Below, piece by piece: positions 46,386 to 55,506 of a stretch of 64,000 nucleotides of DNA (its first letter is position 1; each line of letters begins with the position of its first letter). The position numbers were made by a program, and so were the translations under genes. Source of the stretch: a bacterium (GTDB taxonomy: Bacteria; Patescibacteriota; Minisyncoccia; UBA6257; 2-01-FULL-56-20); contig DAIDAM010000003.1 in the NCBI GenBank assembly GCA_027310625.1, positions 67,278 through 131,277 of the forward strand, in the 5' to 3' direction. The notes under the pieces are model-generated. The model ran no database searches. It was not told where the DNA came from and was given only the letters and a program-made list of their open reading frames with translations.

Positions 46386-48944
46386 ATGTATCGCTTTTTA
46401 GAAATTTTTCCCGGAGCGCTTTCGTGGCTGACTCTTATCTTACTTGTTTCTCTTTCCCGCTACGCGCCGGCGTTCGTCGCCGTTTTCATCATACTTTTTG
46501 ACATCTACTGGCTTTTGAAAACGATTTATCTCTCGCTGCATCTCCGCTCAACTTTTTCGGTTATGAAAAAAAACCTGAAGGTGAACTGGCTCAATGAGCT
46601 GAAGGCACTGCCGCATAATCCCAATGGCCCGAATAGAATCCAAATGCCCCGAATTATAGAAAAGGATCTCTCTTATAAACTAAGCGGGGTTTTCTTCAAA
46701 GTTCATAACCAACTCGGCAGGTTCTGCAGAGAGCGTCAATATGGCGATGCCGTCGCAAAGGAACTTGAATCCCTCGGCGTAAATTTTCAGCGCGAAGTTG
46801 CCGTTGCGGTCGCCGGGCGAAAATCCAATTTCGTAGATTTTGTCGTTGAAAGCAAAATCGCAATAGAACTGAAGACGAAAGACATAATTGACAAAGAAGA
46901 TTATTTCCAACTTCAAAGATACCTTAAAGCGCTGGGATTGGAATTGGGCATAATAGTCAACTTTAGAAGAAAACACTTGAATCCCAAACGCGTTCTCAAT
47001 TCTGACTTCCTTTACAAGTATTCGGCTGATTCAGATACATTCGGCAATTCGGATTATGTGGTCAATAGATATTCGGACAATTCGGATTCATTCGGATATT
47101 CGGATTATGTGAAATCCTGGGAAGACATTTATCATTTGGTGATATTGCCGATGTACCGCGAGCCGTACGAGGTCGTGAAAGGAAGTTTTGAAAGCATATC
47201 TAAAGGAAACTATCCGCTGGAAAAGTTAATTGTCGTCCTGGCGACGGAAGAACGCGCCGGCGCCGAAGCGAGGAAAACGGCTGAGAAAATCAGGCGCGAG
47301 TTCGGCGGCAAATTTTTCAAGTTTTTGATTACCACGCACCCCGCGAATCTCCCCGGCGAAATTCCCGGCAAGGGTTCCAACGAAACCTGGGCGGCGAAAG
47401 AGGCGAAAAGATTAATCATTGACCCACTGGTCAATGCGCAGACCTACGCAGACAACACGCAGACCGACGCAGAAAACGATTTTCTGTATCCAGACCTGAC
47501 ATATGAAATCAGAGGTGCGATATTTTCCATTAAGAAAAAGCTCGGCCTCGGACACAAAGAAGTTGTTTATCAAAAAGCACTGGAAGAGGAATTTAATCGA
47601 CTAGGTTTGAATTTCGAAAAAGAAAAAACGGTGGATATTGCATATAATAACAAAAAAGTTGGTGTCTACCGCCCAGATTTTGTAATTGAGGATAAAATTA
47701 TTTTGGAACTGAAGGCATTACCATTTATGGGCAAATATGAAAAAAGGCAAGTTTGGCAGTATTTAAAAGGAACGGAATATAAACTAGCTATGTTGGTAAA
47801 CTTCGGCGGTAGCGATATTCGCATAGATAGAATAGTTTACGACACAGCTCGCGCAAGTCAGCGTAAGTCTGCGTTAAGTCAGCGAGAGTCAGCGCTGAAA
47901 TATGAAAATGTTTTAGTGTCGGTTTTCGACATTGACACACAGATATTTCCGGAGTATTTCGGGCGCCTCACATATGTCTTTTTGAAATCCGAAGACAAAT
48001 TGCAGGCGATTTACCAGCCGATACCGCTTTTCATAAATAACATCTACGACGCGCCGGCGCTCGCGCGCGTGATTTCCTTTTCAAGCACCTTCTGGCAGAT
48101 GATGCAGCAGTCGCGGCCGGAACGGCTGACGTCTTTTTCGTCGCAGTCAATCCCCTTGCGGGCGCTCATTGACATCGGCTACTGGCACAAAAACGTCGTC
48201 TCCGAGGACTCGCGGATTTTCTGGCAGTGCTATCTCCGCTATCACGGGAACTTCCGCGTCGAACCGCTTTTTTACCCGGTTTCGATGGACGCCAACGCCG
48301 CGCCGACATTTTGGAGAACGCTCAAAAATAATTACTTGCAGCACCGCCGCTGGGCCTGGGGCTGCGAAAACATTCCCTACTTGCTCTGCGGCAAACATAA
48401 TCCGAATCCACGAATGCATCCGAATAACACGAATAGGAGTCCAGATAATAAATTAGATTCGGAACATTCGGATAGATTCGGGGATTCGGATTATGCGGAG
48501 GGTTTCCTCCACAACAAAAAAATCCCTCTCCGCAAAAAGCTCTACTGGTCGTTCAATGTAATTGAAGGATTCCATTCCTGGGCGACGAACGCGCTGATAA
48601 TTTTCGCTCTCGGCTGGCTGCCCGTTCTTTTGGGCGGAGAAGGTTTCGGGATTTCCATTTTGTCGCGGAGCCTGCCTTCGATTACAAGATTCATCATTCA
48701 ACTCTCGATGGTCGGAGTCGCCACCGCCGCTTTCTTCAGCATTCTTCTTCTGCCGCCGCGAAAAGAACCTCTCGAATGGCATCAGTATATTTGGTATCTC
48801 CTCCAATGGCTTCTTCTGCCCGCGACACTCATAATTTTCGGGTCCATCCCCGCGCTCGAGGCGCAAACGCGGCTGATGGTCGGCGGAAAATGGCGGCTCG
48901 GATTCTGGCCGACGCCGAAAACGAGAACCAATAATAGAAGCTAG
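46386..48944 (+). CDS. processive family-2 glycosyltransferase (cellulose-synthase-like; GKGxN, DxD, Q(H)RRW motifs) carrying two in-frame GxxExxY domain insertions (~46644-47000 and ~47481-47840) plus heptamer-repeat tracts
   Basis: GT2 motifs VILPMYREP, GKGSNETWAAKEA, VFDIDTQ, QHRRWAWG; inserted segments each align with the free-standing GxxExxY gene at 28546. Confidence 0.8.
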   Translation: MYRFLEIFPGALSWLTLILLVSLSRYAPAFVAVFIILFDIYWLLKTIYLSLHLRSTFSVMKKNLKVNWLNELKALPHNPNGPNRIQMPRIIEKDLSYKLSGVFFKVHNQLGRFCRERQYGDAVAKELESLGVNFQREVAVAVAGRKSNFVDFVVESKIAIELKTKDIIDKEDYFQLQRYLKALGLELGIIVNFRRKHLNPKRVLNSDFLYKYSADSDTFGNSDYVVNRYSDNSDSFGYSDYVKSWEDIYHLVILPMYREPYEVVKGSFESISKGNYPLEKLIVVLATEERAGAEARKTAEKIRREFGGKFFKFLITTHPANLPGEIPGKGSNETWAAKEAKRLIIDPLVNAQTYADNTQTDAENDFLYPDLTYEIRGAIFSIKKKLGLGHKEVVYQKALEEEFNRLGLNFEKEKTVDIAYNNKKVGVYRPDFVIEDKIILELKALPFMGKYEKRQVWQYLKGTEYKLAMLVNFGGSDIRIDRIVYDTARASQRKSALSQRESALKYENVLVSVFDIDTQIFPEYFGRLTYVFLKSEDKLQAIYQPIPLFINNIYDAPALARVISFSSTFWQMMQQSRPERLTSFSSQSIPLRALIDIGYWHKNVVSEDSRIFWQCYLRYHGNFRVEPLFYPVSMDANAAPTFWRTLKNNYLQHRRWAWGCENIPYLLCGKHNPNPRMHPNNTNRSPDNKLDSEHSDRFGDSDYAEGFLHNKKIPLRKKLYWSFNVIEGFHSWATNALIIFALGWLPVLLGGEGFGISILSRSLPSITRFIIQLSMVGVATAAFFSILLLPPRKEPLEWHQYIWYLLQWLLLPATLIIFGSIPALEAQTRLMVGGKWRLGFWPTPKTRTNNRS
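47000..47115. repeat. ATTCGGA/ATTCGGC heptamer-type repeat tract encoding …DSDTFGNSDYVVNRYSDNSDSFGYSDY… inside the GT2 gene; a similar tract at ~48405-48490
   Basis: period-7 direct repeats. Confidence 0.7.
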
Positions 48945-48959
48945 AATATAGAATTTAGA

Positions 48960-50172
48960 ATGAAAAAAATAAAAACGATTCTCGCGATTGAAACAAGTTG
49001 CGACGAAACGGGGATTGCTCTTGTTGAAGCGAAAGGTGGTTTTGCTTCGCCGAAATTCAGAGTCCTGAAAAACCTCGTGAGTTCACAGATAAAAATTCAC
49101 CGTCCTTTCGGCGGCGTCGTGCCGGGACTCGCCAAGCGCGAACACATCAAGAATCTTCCGAAACTTTTTCGGAAGATTCTTGTAAATTCTAAATCCGGAA
49201 TCCGGAATCCGAAACAAATTTCAAATTTCAAATTTCAAACATTGATTTAATTGCCGTCACCGTCGGTCCCGGGCTTGAACCGGCGCTGTGGACGGGAATA
49301 ACTTTTGCGCAAGAATTGCGCAAGCGACTAGCAACCAGAGACCAGAGACAAGAAAAGAAAATAAAAATTATCGGAGTGAACCATTTAGAAGGACATCTCT
49401 ACAGTTTTCTTTTGCGGCAGCAAAAGAAAACTGCAAATCAGAAATCAGAAATCAGAAACGTAAAAATTTGGGATTTCATGCTTCAAATTTGAGATTTCCA
49501 GCTATTGTTTTGCTGGTGAGCGGCGGACATACGGCTCTTCTCTTGATGAAAAATTTAAGAAAATGGAAAAAACTCGGGGAAACGCGGGATGACGCGGCGG
49601 GCGAAGCATTCGATAAAGTCGCAAGAATGCTCGGCCTCCCCTATCCCGGCGGTCCGGAAATCGAAAAACTGGCGAAAGAAGGTGACGCAGACGCGATAAA
49701 TTTTCCGCGCCCGATGCTCAACCAGAAAAATTACGATTTCAGTTTTTCGGGAATAAAAACGGCGGTATTTTACTATCTTAGAGACCGAATCTCTTACGAA
49801 AATACGAAAACATACGAAAGTACCAAAACGAAAAATAAATTTCGTAATTTCGCGCCGTTTCGTACTTTCGTAAGTAAGGCCGATATCGCCGCTTCGTTTC
49901 AAAAGGCGGTCGTTGAAACACTTGTCAAAAAAGTGGAACGGGCGGCGAAAGAATACGGGGCGTGCTCGCTCATTCTCTGCGGCGGAGTTGCGGCGAACAA
50001 GGTGTTGCGCGAAAATATGCGAAAAGCTGCTCACAAAATAAACGCGGAATTCATCGCGCCGCCGATGGAATACAACAACGATAACGCTGCGATGATTGCG
50101 GCCGCGGGATATTTCGCCTCGCTCCGGAGCAGAAAATTGCCGCTCAAGGCCGACGGCGATTTGAATATATAG
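48960..50172 (+). pseudogene. tsaD: tsaD (tRNA N6-threonylcarbamoyladenosine synthesis, Kae1/YgjD family) split into three reading frames by two -1 frameshifts, each inside a heptamer-repeat tract (49186-49240; 49425-49492)
   Basis: N-terminal ([11 protein letters not shown]…[16 protein letters not shown]) in frame 0; middle ([12 protein letters not shown]…VNHLEGHL) in frame 2; C-terminal (FPAIVLLVSGGHT…DDAAGEAFDKVARMLGLPYPGGP…) in frame 1. Confidence 0.75.
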
Positions 50173-50214
50173 TCATGTTAATCTTAAATTCTCAACAATC
50201 TCAAATTCTCAACT

Positions 50215-50250
50215 TGTTAACATTTTACGCGATCGCGTAAAATGTTAACA
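50215..50250. promoter_or_regulatory. 36-bp perfect palindrome TGTTAACATTTTACGCGATCGCGTAAAATGTTAACA
   Basis: perfect inverted repeat; a second near-identical copy at 50819-50853. Confidence 0.6.
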
Positions 50251-50304
50251 AAATAATAAAACAGCGGCGGTTGACGGACAGCGACGGTTAACGGTGAAAA
50301 AAAG

Positions 50305-50811
50305 TTAAATTATCTCGGCTTCTTTTGCCTCAAAAAATTTAATATATGGGAAAAGTTGAAGTTTTCTCAAAGATTCGACAAATTGTTCCGGCAATGGCGC
50401 CGGTCCAAGCCATAAACTCTTTTGAAGCATCTCGAATCCAAGACATAAAAGCTCGGCTCTCAACCAATCGCGTTTTTTCTTATGTATCTCTGGGACATCA
50501 AAAGAAATGACAATACTTTTGGGATTTCGCTTGGCAGTTTTTTCGCTGTGGGTCGGGAAAAGAGAAATTTTGTTTGCAAAGTATCCGCGCCCGGCTTTTG
50601 TAAGCCGCCATATACCCTTTTTATTTTCTACAAATCCCCTCTTTTTGAGACGTGAAAGTGTAACACGTATCGCAGAATCAGAAGCATCCTCAAAACCGCG
50701 ATAAATTCTACCATCAGAAAAAGGACTTGCACCGCTTAATTTTCTGCGCATCAAACGATAGCCGTCGTGATAACTGAATAAAATAGTCAAGATGTCATCC
50801 GTTAATCCCAT
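50305..50811 (-). CDS. winged-helix regulator-like protein (PaaX-like N-terminal HTH: RVTLSRLKKRGFVENKKGIWRLTKAGRGYF); function unknown
   Basis: wHTH-like segment; gene bracketed by two copies of a 34-36 bp palindrome. Confidence 0.45.
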   Translation of the reverse strand: MGLTDDILTILFSYHDGYRLMRRKLSGASPFSDGRIYRGFEDASDSAIRVTLSRLKKRGFVENKKGIWRLTKAGRGYFANKISLFPTHSEKTAKRNPKSIVISFDVPEIHKKKRDWLRAELLCLGFEMLQKSLWLGPAPLPEQFVESLRKLQLFPYIKFFEAKEAEII

Positions 50812-50818
50812 TTCAAAA

Positions 50819-50853
50819 TATTAACATTTTCAGCGATCGCGTAAAATGTTAAT
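50819..50853. promoter_or_regulatory. second copy of the TTAACATTTT(C/A)(A/C)GCGATCGCGTAAAATGTTAA palindrome
   Basis: near-perfect inverted repeat. Confidence 0.6.
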
Positions 50854-50864
50854 AAAAATTTTCA

Positions 50865-53800
50865 TTGAAAAGATTGAACAGGTTGAGACAATCCCTTAAA
50901 ATAAAATCAATGTCGGAGATTTTGGAACCGCGATACGACCACCAAAAGCACGAAAAGGAAATTTACGAACTCTGGGAAAAGAGCGGGTATTTTAATCCGG
51001 ATAATTTGCCTACGGCAAGTTCGGAGTTCGGAGTTCGAAGTTCGAAGAATAAAAAAATATCTCAAACGAAACCTCGAACCTCGAACCTCGAACCGTTTTC
51101 CATTATCATGCCTCCGCCGAACGCGAACGGCTCGCTACATCTCGGGCACGCCGTGTTCGTCGCGTTGCAGGACATACTCATAAGATTCTGGCGCATGCGC
51201 GGCAAAAAAGCGCTCTGGCTTCCGGGGGCGGACCACGCCGGCTTTGAAACGCAGGTTGTCTTCGACAAAAAACTTGAAAAGGAAGGGCGGAATAGATTCA
51301 CCATTCCGCGCGAGGAACTTTTCAAAGAAATCTGGGACTTCACCCAGCACAATAAAAAAATAATGGAAGAGCAGTTGCGTAAACTCGGAGCGTCGTGCGA
51401 CTGGAGCCGCGAAAAATTCACGCTTGACCCGGCAATCATTAGAATCGTCTATGAAACTTTTGAAAAACTTTACAAGGACGGACTTCTTTACCGCGATTTG
51501 CGCGTCGTCAACTGGTGTCCGAAACACAAAACCGCGCTCTCCGACCTGGAAGTGAAGCACGAAGAGCGTCTGGACCAGCTCTACTACATAAAGTATGGGC
51601 CACTAACATTAGCGACAGTGAGACCGGAAACGAAATTCGGCGACACGGCGCTTGCCGTGAACCCGAAGGACAAACGCTATTCAAAATACATCGGAAAAGA
51701 AATACGCGCCTTGGGCCTGCTCGGCAAACTCACATTCAAAGTCATCGCCGACGAAGCCGTTGACCCGAAATTCGGGACGGGGGTCATTAAGGTCACGCCC
51801 GCGCATGACCCCGCGGACTTTGAAATCTGGCAAAGGCACAAAAAAGAAATTCCCGGTCCGAAAATAATCATTGACGAAAACGGGCGGCTTACCGGCGAAA
51901 CAGGAAAATTCGCAGGGATGAAAGTCGCGGAAGCGAGAATAAAAGTCGCCGAAGCGATGAAAGAAATCGGCATTCTTGAAAAAGTTGAGAACGATTACAA
52001 ACACTCCGTTGCCGTCTGCTACAAGTGCGGCAACGTGCTCGAGCCGATTCCGAAGATGCAATGGTTCATCGCCATGACGGCGAAACCGCATCAATCAAGA
52101 GACCGGAGACCGGAGACTGGAGACCGGAAAAAATCGTTGCGCGATTTGGGAATCGAGGCAGTTGAAAAGAAAAAAATAAAATTTTATCCGGCGCATTCCA
52201 AAAAAGTCATTCTTCATTGGCTGAAAAATATCCGCGACTGGAACATTTCGCGGCAAATCGTCTGGGGCATAAGAATCCCCGTCTGGTACTGCCTCGCCTG
52301 CTCCGCCCGCCCCGAGAGCAATCGAGGGGAGCCGAAGATAAACATTAATCAGGAAGTGAAATCGCGCTGGTTTCTCGTAAGGCACGGGGAAACGGATTGG
52401 AACAAGGAAGGACGCATAATGGGACAATCCGACATTCCACTCAATAAAACTGGGATGGCGCAGGCGGAAGAAGCCGCGCGGGAATTAAAGCCGCACAAGG
52501 TAGATCTTATTATAAGTTCTGACTCGGCGCGCTGTCGCCAAACTGCGGAAATAATTAAAAAAGAGACGGGCGCGGAAATAATCCTCGAAAAAAAATTAAG
52601 AGAGCGCCACCACGGAGACATCGAGGGATTGCTACGAAAGGATGTTTTTGAACAATATCCCCGTATTTACGAATACAGCTACGAAGGCAAATATATGAAT
52701 GCCGAAAGCTATCGCGAATTGGAAGAGCGCGCATGGGAAGTTTTCTCGTCGCACCATTCAAGGCACGGCCATAAAAACGTCGTTTTGATTACGCACGGTG
52801 GGACGATTAGGATGCTTATAAAAAGAATAAAAAATCTTACTCCGGAAGCGGCTCTCTCAATACCTTCCAGAAAAAACGCGGAGATAATCCAGCTTGACGT
52901 TTTGGATAAATGCGAAAATTGCGGCGGACATTTTTACGAGCAGGACCCCGACGTTTTTGACACCTGGTTCTCGTCCGGGCAATGGCCGTTTGCGACGCTG
53001 ATGACGAGCGACAAAAAAATGGGTTTCCATGAAGAAGTTGTCCCGCAGGTTTTGGACGGCAAAACCAAGACATACCGCTTGCGCGACCACGGATTCAAGG
53101 TCGGCGACAAGGTTTTGTTTGAAAACTCCGCTACCAAAAAAATCTTCGGATATGGAATTATCACGGAAGCAAAAAAAACCACGATAGACAAAATAGATTA
53201 CACAGACAAAAGCCATTACAAAACCTATAAAAATCTGGACGAGTTGATGACGGCGTTCAAACACAAGAACCCAGAAAAAACTTTTACTTCCAAATCTCCT
53301 GCTTATCTTTACGCTTACGATTTTTACCCGGCGAAAAATTTGGAGACCGACTTCGAAACTTTTTATCCGACCGATGTGATGGAAACCGGATACGACATAC
53401 TTTTCTTCTGGGTGGCGAGGATGGTCATGCTCGGAATTTACACGACGGGAAAAATTCCTTTCAGAACTGTTTATCTCCACGGCTTGGTTCTCGACAAAGA
53501 CAAAAAGAAAATGTCCAAGTCCAAAGGCAACGTTATTGACCCGCTCGGCGTCGCCGAAATTTACGGAAGCGACGCGCTCCGCATGGCGCTGGTCGCCGGC
53601 AACACCGCCGGCAAGGATATCGTCATCTCCGAAGACAAAATCCGCGGCTACAGGAATTTTGCGACGAAAGTGTGGAACATCAGCCGATTCATTTTAATGA
53701 ATAAAATGAAAGACATCAGACATCAGACATCAGACATCAGGGTAAAATTAACGGCTTCAGACAAAAAAAATATTGCGGAAGCCGAAAAAATCAAAGATAA

Positions 53801-54176
53801 AGTCGGAAAACACATTGAAAAATTCGAGTTTCATCTCGCGGCGGAAACGGCATACCATTACATCTGGCATACCTTCGCCGACAAAATAATTGAAGAATAT
53901 AAGCCGCGACTAAAAGCCGAAACGGGTTCCGAGGAAGCTCTCGGAGGCGCGGCGAGCTCGGCATCCGGAGGATTCGCCGCGCCGAGAGCGCAGGCGGGCG
54001 CTCGCCGCAGGAGCGAGCGAACCGCCGATTCCGAGGGGCCCGTTGCGGCTTATCAAACACTGGAAGCAATTCTTCTGGAATGCTTGAAAATGCTCCATCC
54101 GTTTATGCCGTTCATAACGGAGGCGATATTTCAGAAGCTAAACAAAGGAGAAATGCTGATGATAGAAAGATGGTAA
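50865..54176 (+). CDS. valS: valine-tRNA ligase with an embedded histidine-phosphatase (PGAM-like) domain (~52360-52910), a second ~100-aa insertion, heptamer tracts and a GC-rich C-terminal insertion
   Basis: HIGH (PPPNANGSLHLGH) and KMSKS motifs, editing domain; insert has RHGETDWN, RERHHGD and ITHGG motifs of the histidine phosphatase superfamily. Confidence 0.9.
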   Translation: MKRLNRLRQSLKIKSMSEILEPRYDHQKHEKEIYELWEKSGYFNPDNLPTASSEFGVRSSKNKKISQTKPRTSNLEPFSIIMPPPNANGSLHLGHAVFVALQDILIRFWRMRGKKALWLPGADHAGFETQVVFDKKLEKEGRNRFTIPREELFKEIWDFTQHNKKIMEEQLRKLGASCDWSREKFTLDPAIIRIVYETFEKLYKDGLLYRDLRVVNWCPKHKTALSDLEVKHEERLDQLYYIKYGPLTLATVRPETKFGDTALAVNPKDKRYSKYIGKEIRALGLLGKLTFKVIADEAVDPKFGTGVIKVTPAHDPADFEIWQRHKKEIPGPKIIIDENGRLTGETGKFAGMKVAEARIKVAEAMKEIGILEKVENDYKHSVAVCYKCGNVLEPIPKMQWFIAMTAKPHQSRDRRPETGDRKKSLRDLGIEAVEKKKIKFYPAHSKKVILHWLKNIRDWNISRQIVWGIRIPVWYCLACSARPESNRGEPKININQEVKSRWFLVRHGETDWNKEGRIMGQSDIPLNKTGMAQAEEAARELKPHKVDLIISSDSARCRQTAEIIKKETGAEIILEKKLRERHHGDIEGLLRKDVFEQYPRIYEYSYEGKYMNAESYRELEERAWEVFSSHHSRHGHKNVVLITHGGTIRMLIKRIKNLTPEAALSIPSRKNAEIIQLDVLDKCENCGGHFYEQDPDVFDTWFSSGQWPFATLMTSDKKMGFHEEVVPQVLDGKTKTYRLRDHGFKVGDKVLFENSATKKIFGYGIITEAKKTTIDKIDYTDKSHYKTYKNLDELMTAFKHKNPEKTFTSKSPAYLYAYDFYPAKNLETDFETFYPTDVMETGYDILFFWVARMVMLGIYTTGKIPFRTVYLHGLVLDKDKKKMSKSKGNVIDPLGVAEIYGSDALRMALVAGNTAGKDIVISEDKIRGYRNFATKVWNISRFILMNKMKDIRHQTSDIRVKLTASDKKNIAEAEKIKDKVGKHIEKFEFHLAAETAYHYIWHTFADKIIEEYKPRLKAETGSEEALGGAASSASGGFAAPRAQAGARRRSERTADSEGPVAAYQTLEAILLECLKMLHPFMPFITEAIFQKLNKGEMLMIERW

Positions 54177-54273
54177 GGGCTACGAAATTACGAATCAGTA
54201 CGAATATACGAATTCGTACATTCGCCTGCCTGCCGCAGGCAGGTAAAAATCTATAAATTAGTAACCTGACTTA

Positions 54274-54972
54274 ATGAATATTTTAATCATAATTCTCGGT
54301 CTCCTGCCCGGATTTGCCTGGCTCCTTTTTTATCTGCAGGAGGAAACTCACCCCGAGCCGAAGAGGATGATAGCGCTCGCCTTTTTCGTCGGCGCTATTG
54401 CGGCAATCGTGTCGCTCTTTTTGGAATTTTTCGTAAATTGTTTCCAATCGCAACCCGTTTCAATCTGCATTAAAAATCCGGCGGCAGAGGTGGAACTCAC
54501 GTTCTTCTCCATCGTCGCGTTTTCCCTCATAGAAGAAGTCACGAAATTTTTAGCCGTTTACTTCGCCGTCTCCAAAACAAAATATTTCAGCGAACCGGTG
54601 GACGCGATGTTCTACATGGCGGTCGCCGCCCTCGGATTCGCCACCCTTGAAAATCTCGGAGCGCTCTCCGGCTCGGGCAAGCCGGTCCTCTTGAACGGAC
54701 TTTTCGAAATCGCTATTTTCCGAATGGTCGGAACAACGCTCCTTCACACTCTCACGGCTTCAATAACGGGGTACTTTTGGGCGCTCGGGATAAGAGAGTT
54801 CAAAAGGACAAGGTTGATAATTTACGGGCTCTTGGTTGCGACCGTCTTGCACGCCATTTTCAATTATCTTATAATCGCAGGTGAAAACCTCGTGTACCCG
54901 ATAATTTTTGTAACGCTTGTCGGCTTTTTCGTCTTGAACGATTTTGAAAAGCTGAAGGGCAGGAAGGTTTAA
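54274..54972 (+). CDS. PrsW-family intramembrane metalloprotease
   Basis: EExxK (LIEEVTKF), FxxxH and HxxxN motifs in a polytopic membrane protein. Confidence 0.7.
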   Translation: MNILIIILGLLPGFAWLLFYLQEETHPEPKRMIALAFFVGAIAAIVSLFLEFFVNCFQSQPVSICIKNPAAEVELTFFSIVAFSLIEEVTKFLAVYFAVSKTKYFSEPVDAMFYMAVAALGFATLENLGALSGSGKPVLLNGLFEIAIFRMVGTTLLHTLTASITGYFWALGIREFKRTRLIIYGLLVATVLHAIFNYLIIAGENLVYPIIFVTLVGFFVLNDFEKLKGRKV

Positions 54973-54973
54973 T

Positions 54974-55426
54974 ATGGCCGAATCAGAAAACAAATTCTTT
55001 GAAAACCTCGTAAGCGGGAACGGGCACGGCAAAAAATCCCGCACAAGAGAAGAAATGGAAGAAAAATCGCAAATAATAAAATCAAACGGATTCGGCGACG
55101 CCGAAGGCAAGCTCACGATAGACGTTTACCAGACGCCGGCGGAGATAGTCGTGGAATCGGCGATAGCGGGGGTAAAACCCGAGGATTTGGATATAAACGT
55201 TTCCAACGATTCCATAACAATCAAAGGCGAAAGATATCGCGAAGAAAAAATAAGCGATGAAAATTATTTCTATCAGGAATGCTATTGGGGAAGATTTTCG
55301 CGCTCCGTCATTCTGCCCGAGGAAGTTGACCCTGACGGCGCGAAAGTCAGCTTCAAAAACGGAATTCTGACGGTCAAAATGCCGAAAGCGAGCAGAAGGA
55401 AAACAAAGAAACTAAAAGTCGAGTAA
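54974..55426 (+). CDS. Hsp20/alpha-crystallin family small heat-shock protein
   Basis: alpha-crystallin domain (…SFKNGILTVKMPKA). Confidence 0.8.
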   Translation: MAESENKFFENLVSGNGHGKKSRTREEMEEKSQIIKSNGFGDAEGKLTIDVYQTPAEIVVESAIAGVKPEDLDINVSNDSITIKGERYREEKISDENYFYQECYWGRFSRSVILPEEVDPDGAKVSFKNGILTVKMPKASRRKTKKLKVE

Positions 55427-55430
55427 CAAA

Positions 55431-55490
55431 ATAGTGACCAGAGAGCGGAGACCAGAATTCAGGACTTGGTTACTGGTTTCTGGTCTCTAA
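55431..55490. repeat. inverted heptamer arrays (GAGACCAGAA … TTCTGGTCTC) forming a hairpin between hsp20 and rpmB
   Basis: 10-bp perfect inverted repeat built from AGACCAG/CTGGTCT units. Confidence 0.6.
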
Positions 55491-55506
55491 ATTCTAACCA
55501 ACAGCC

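Noticed and set aside
46644-47000. Inteins as an explanation for the in-frame GxxExxY inserts
   Set aside because: No Cys/Ser/Thr at the N-terminal junction and no terminal His-Asn; the sequence matches the GxxExxY nuclease-like fold instead of a Hint domain.
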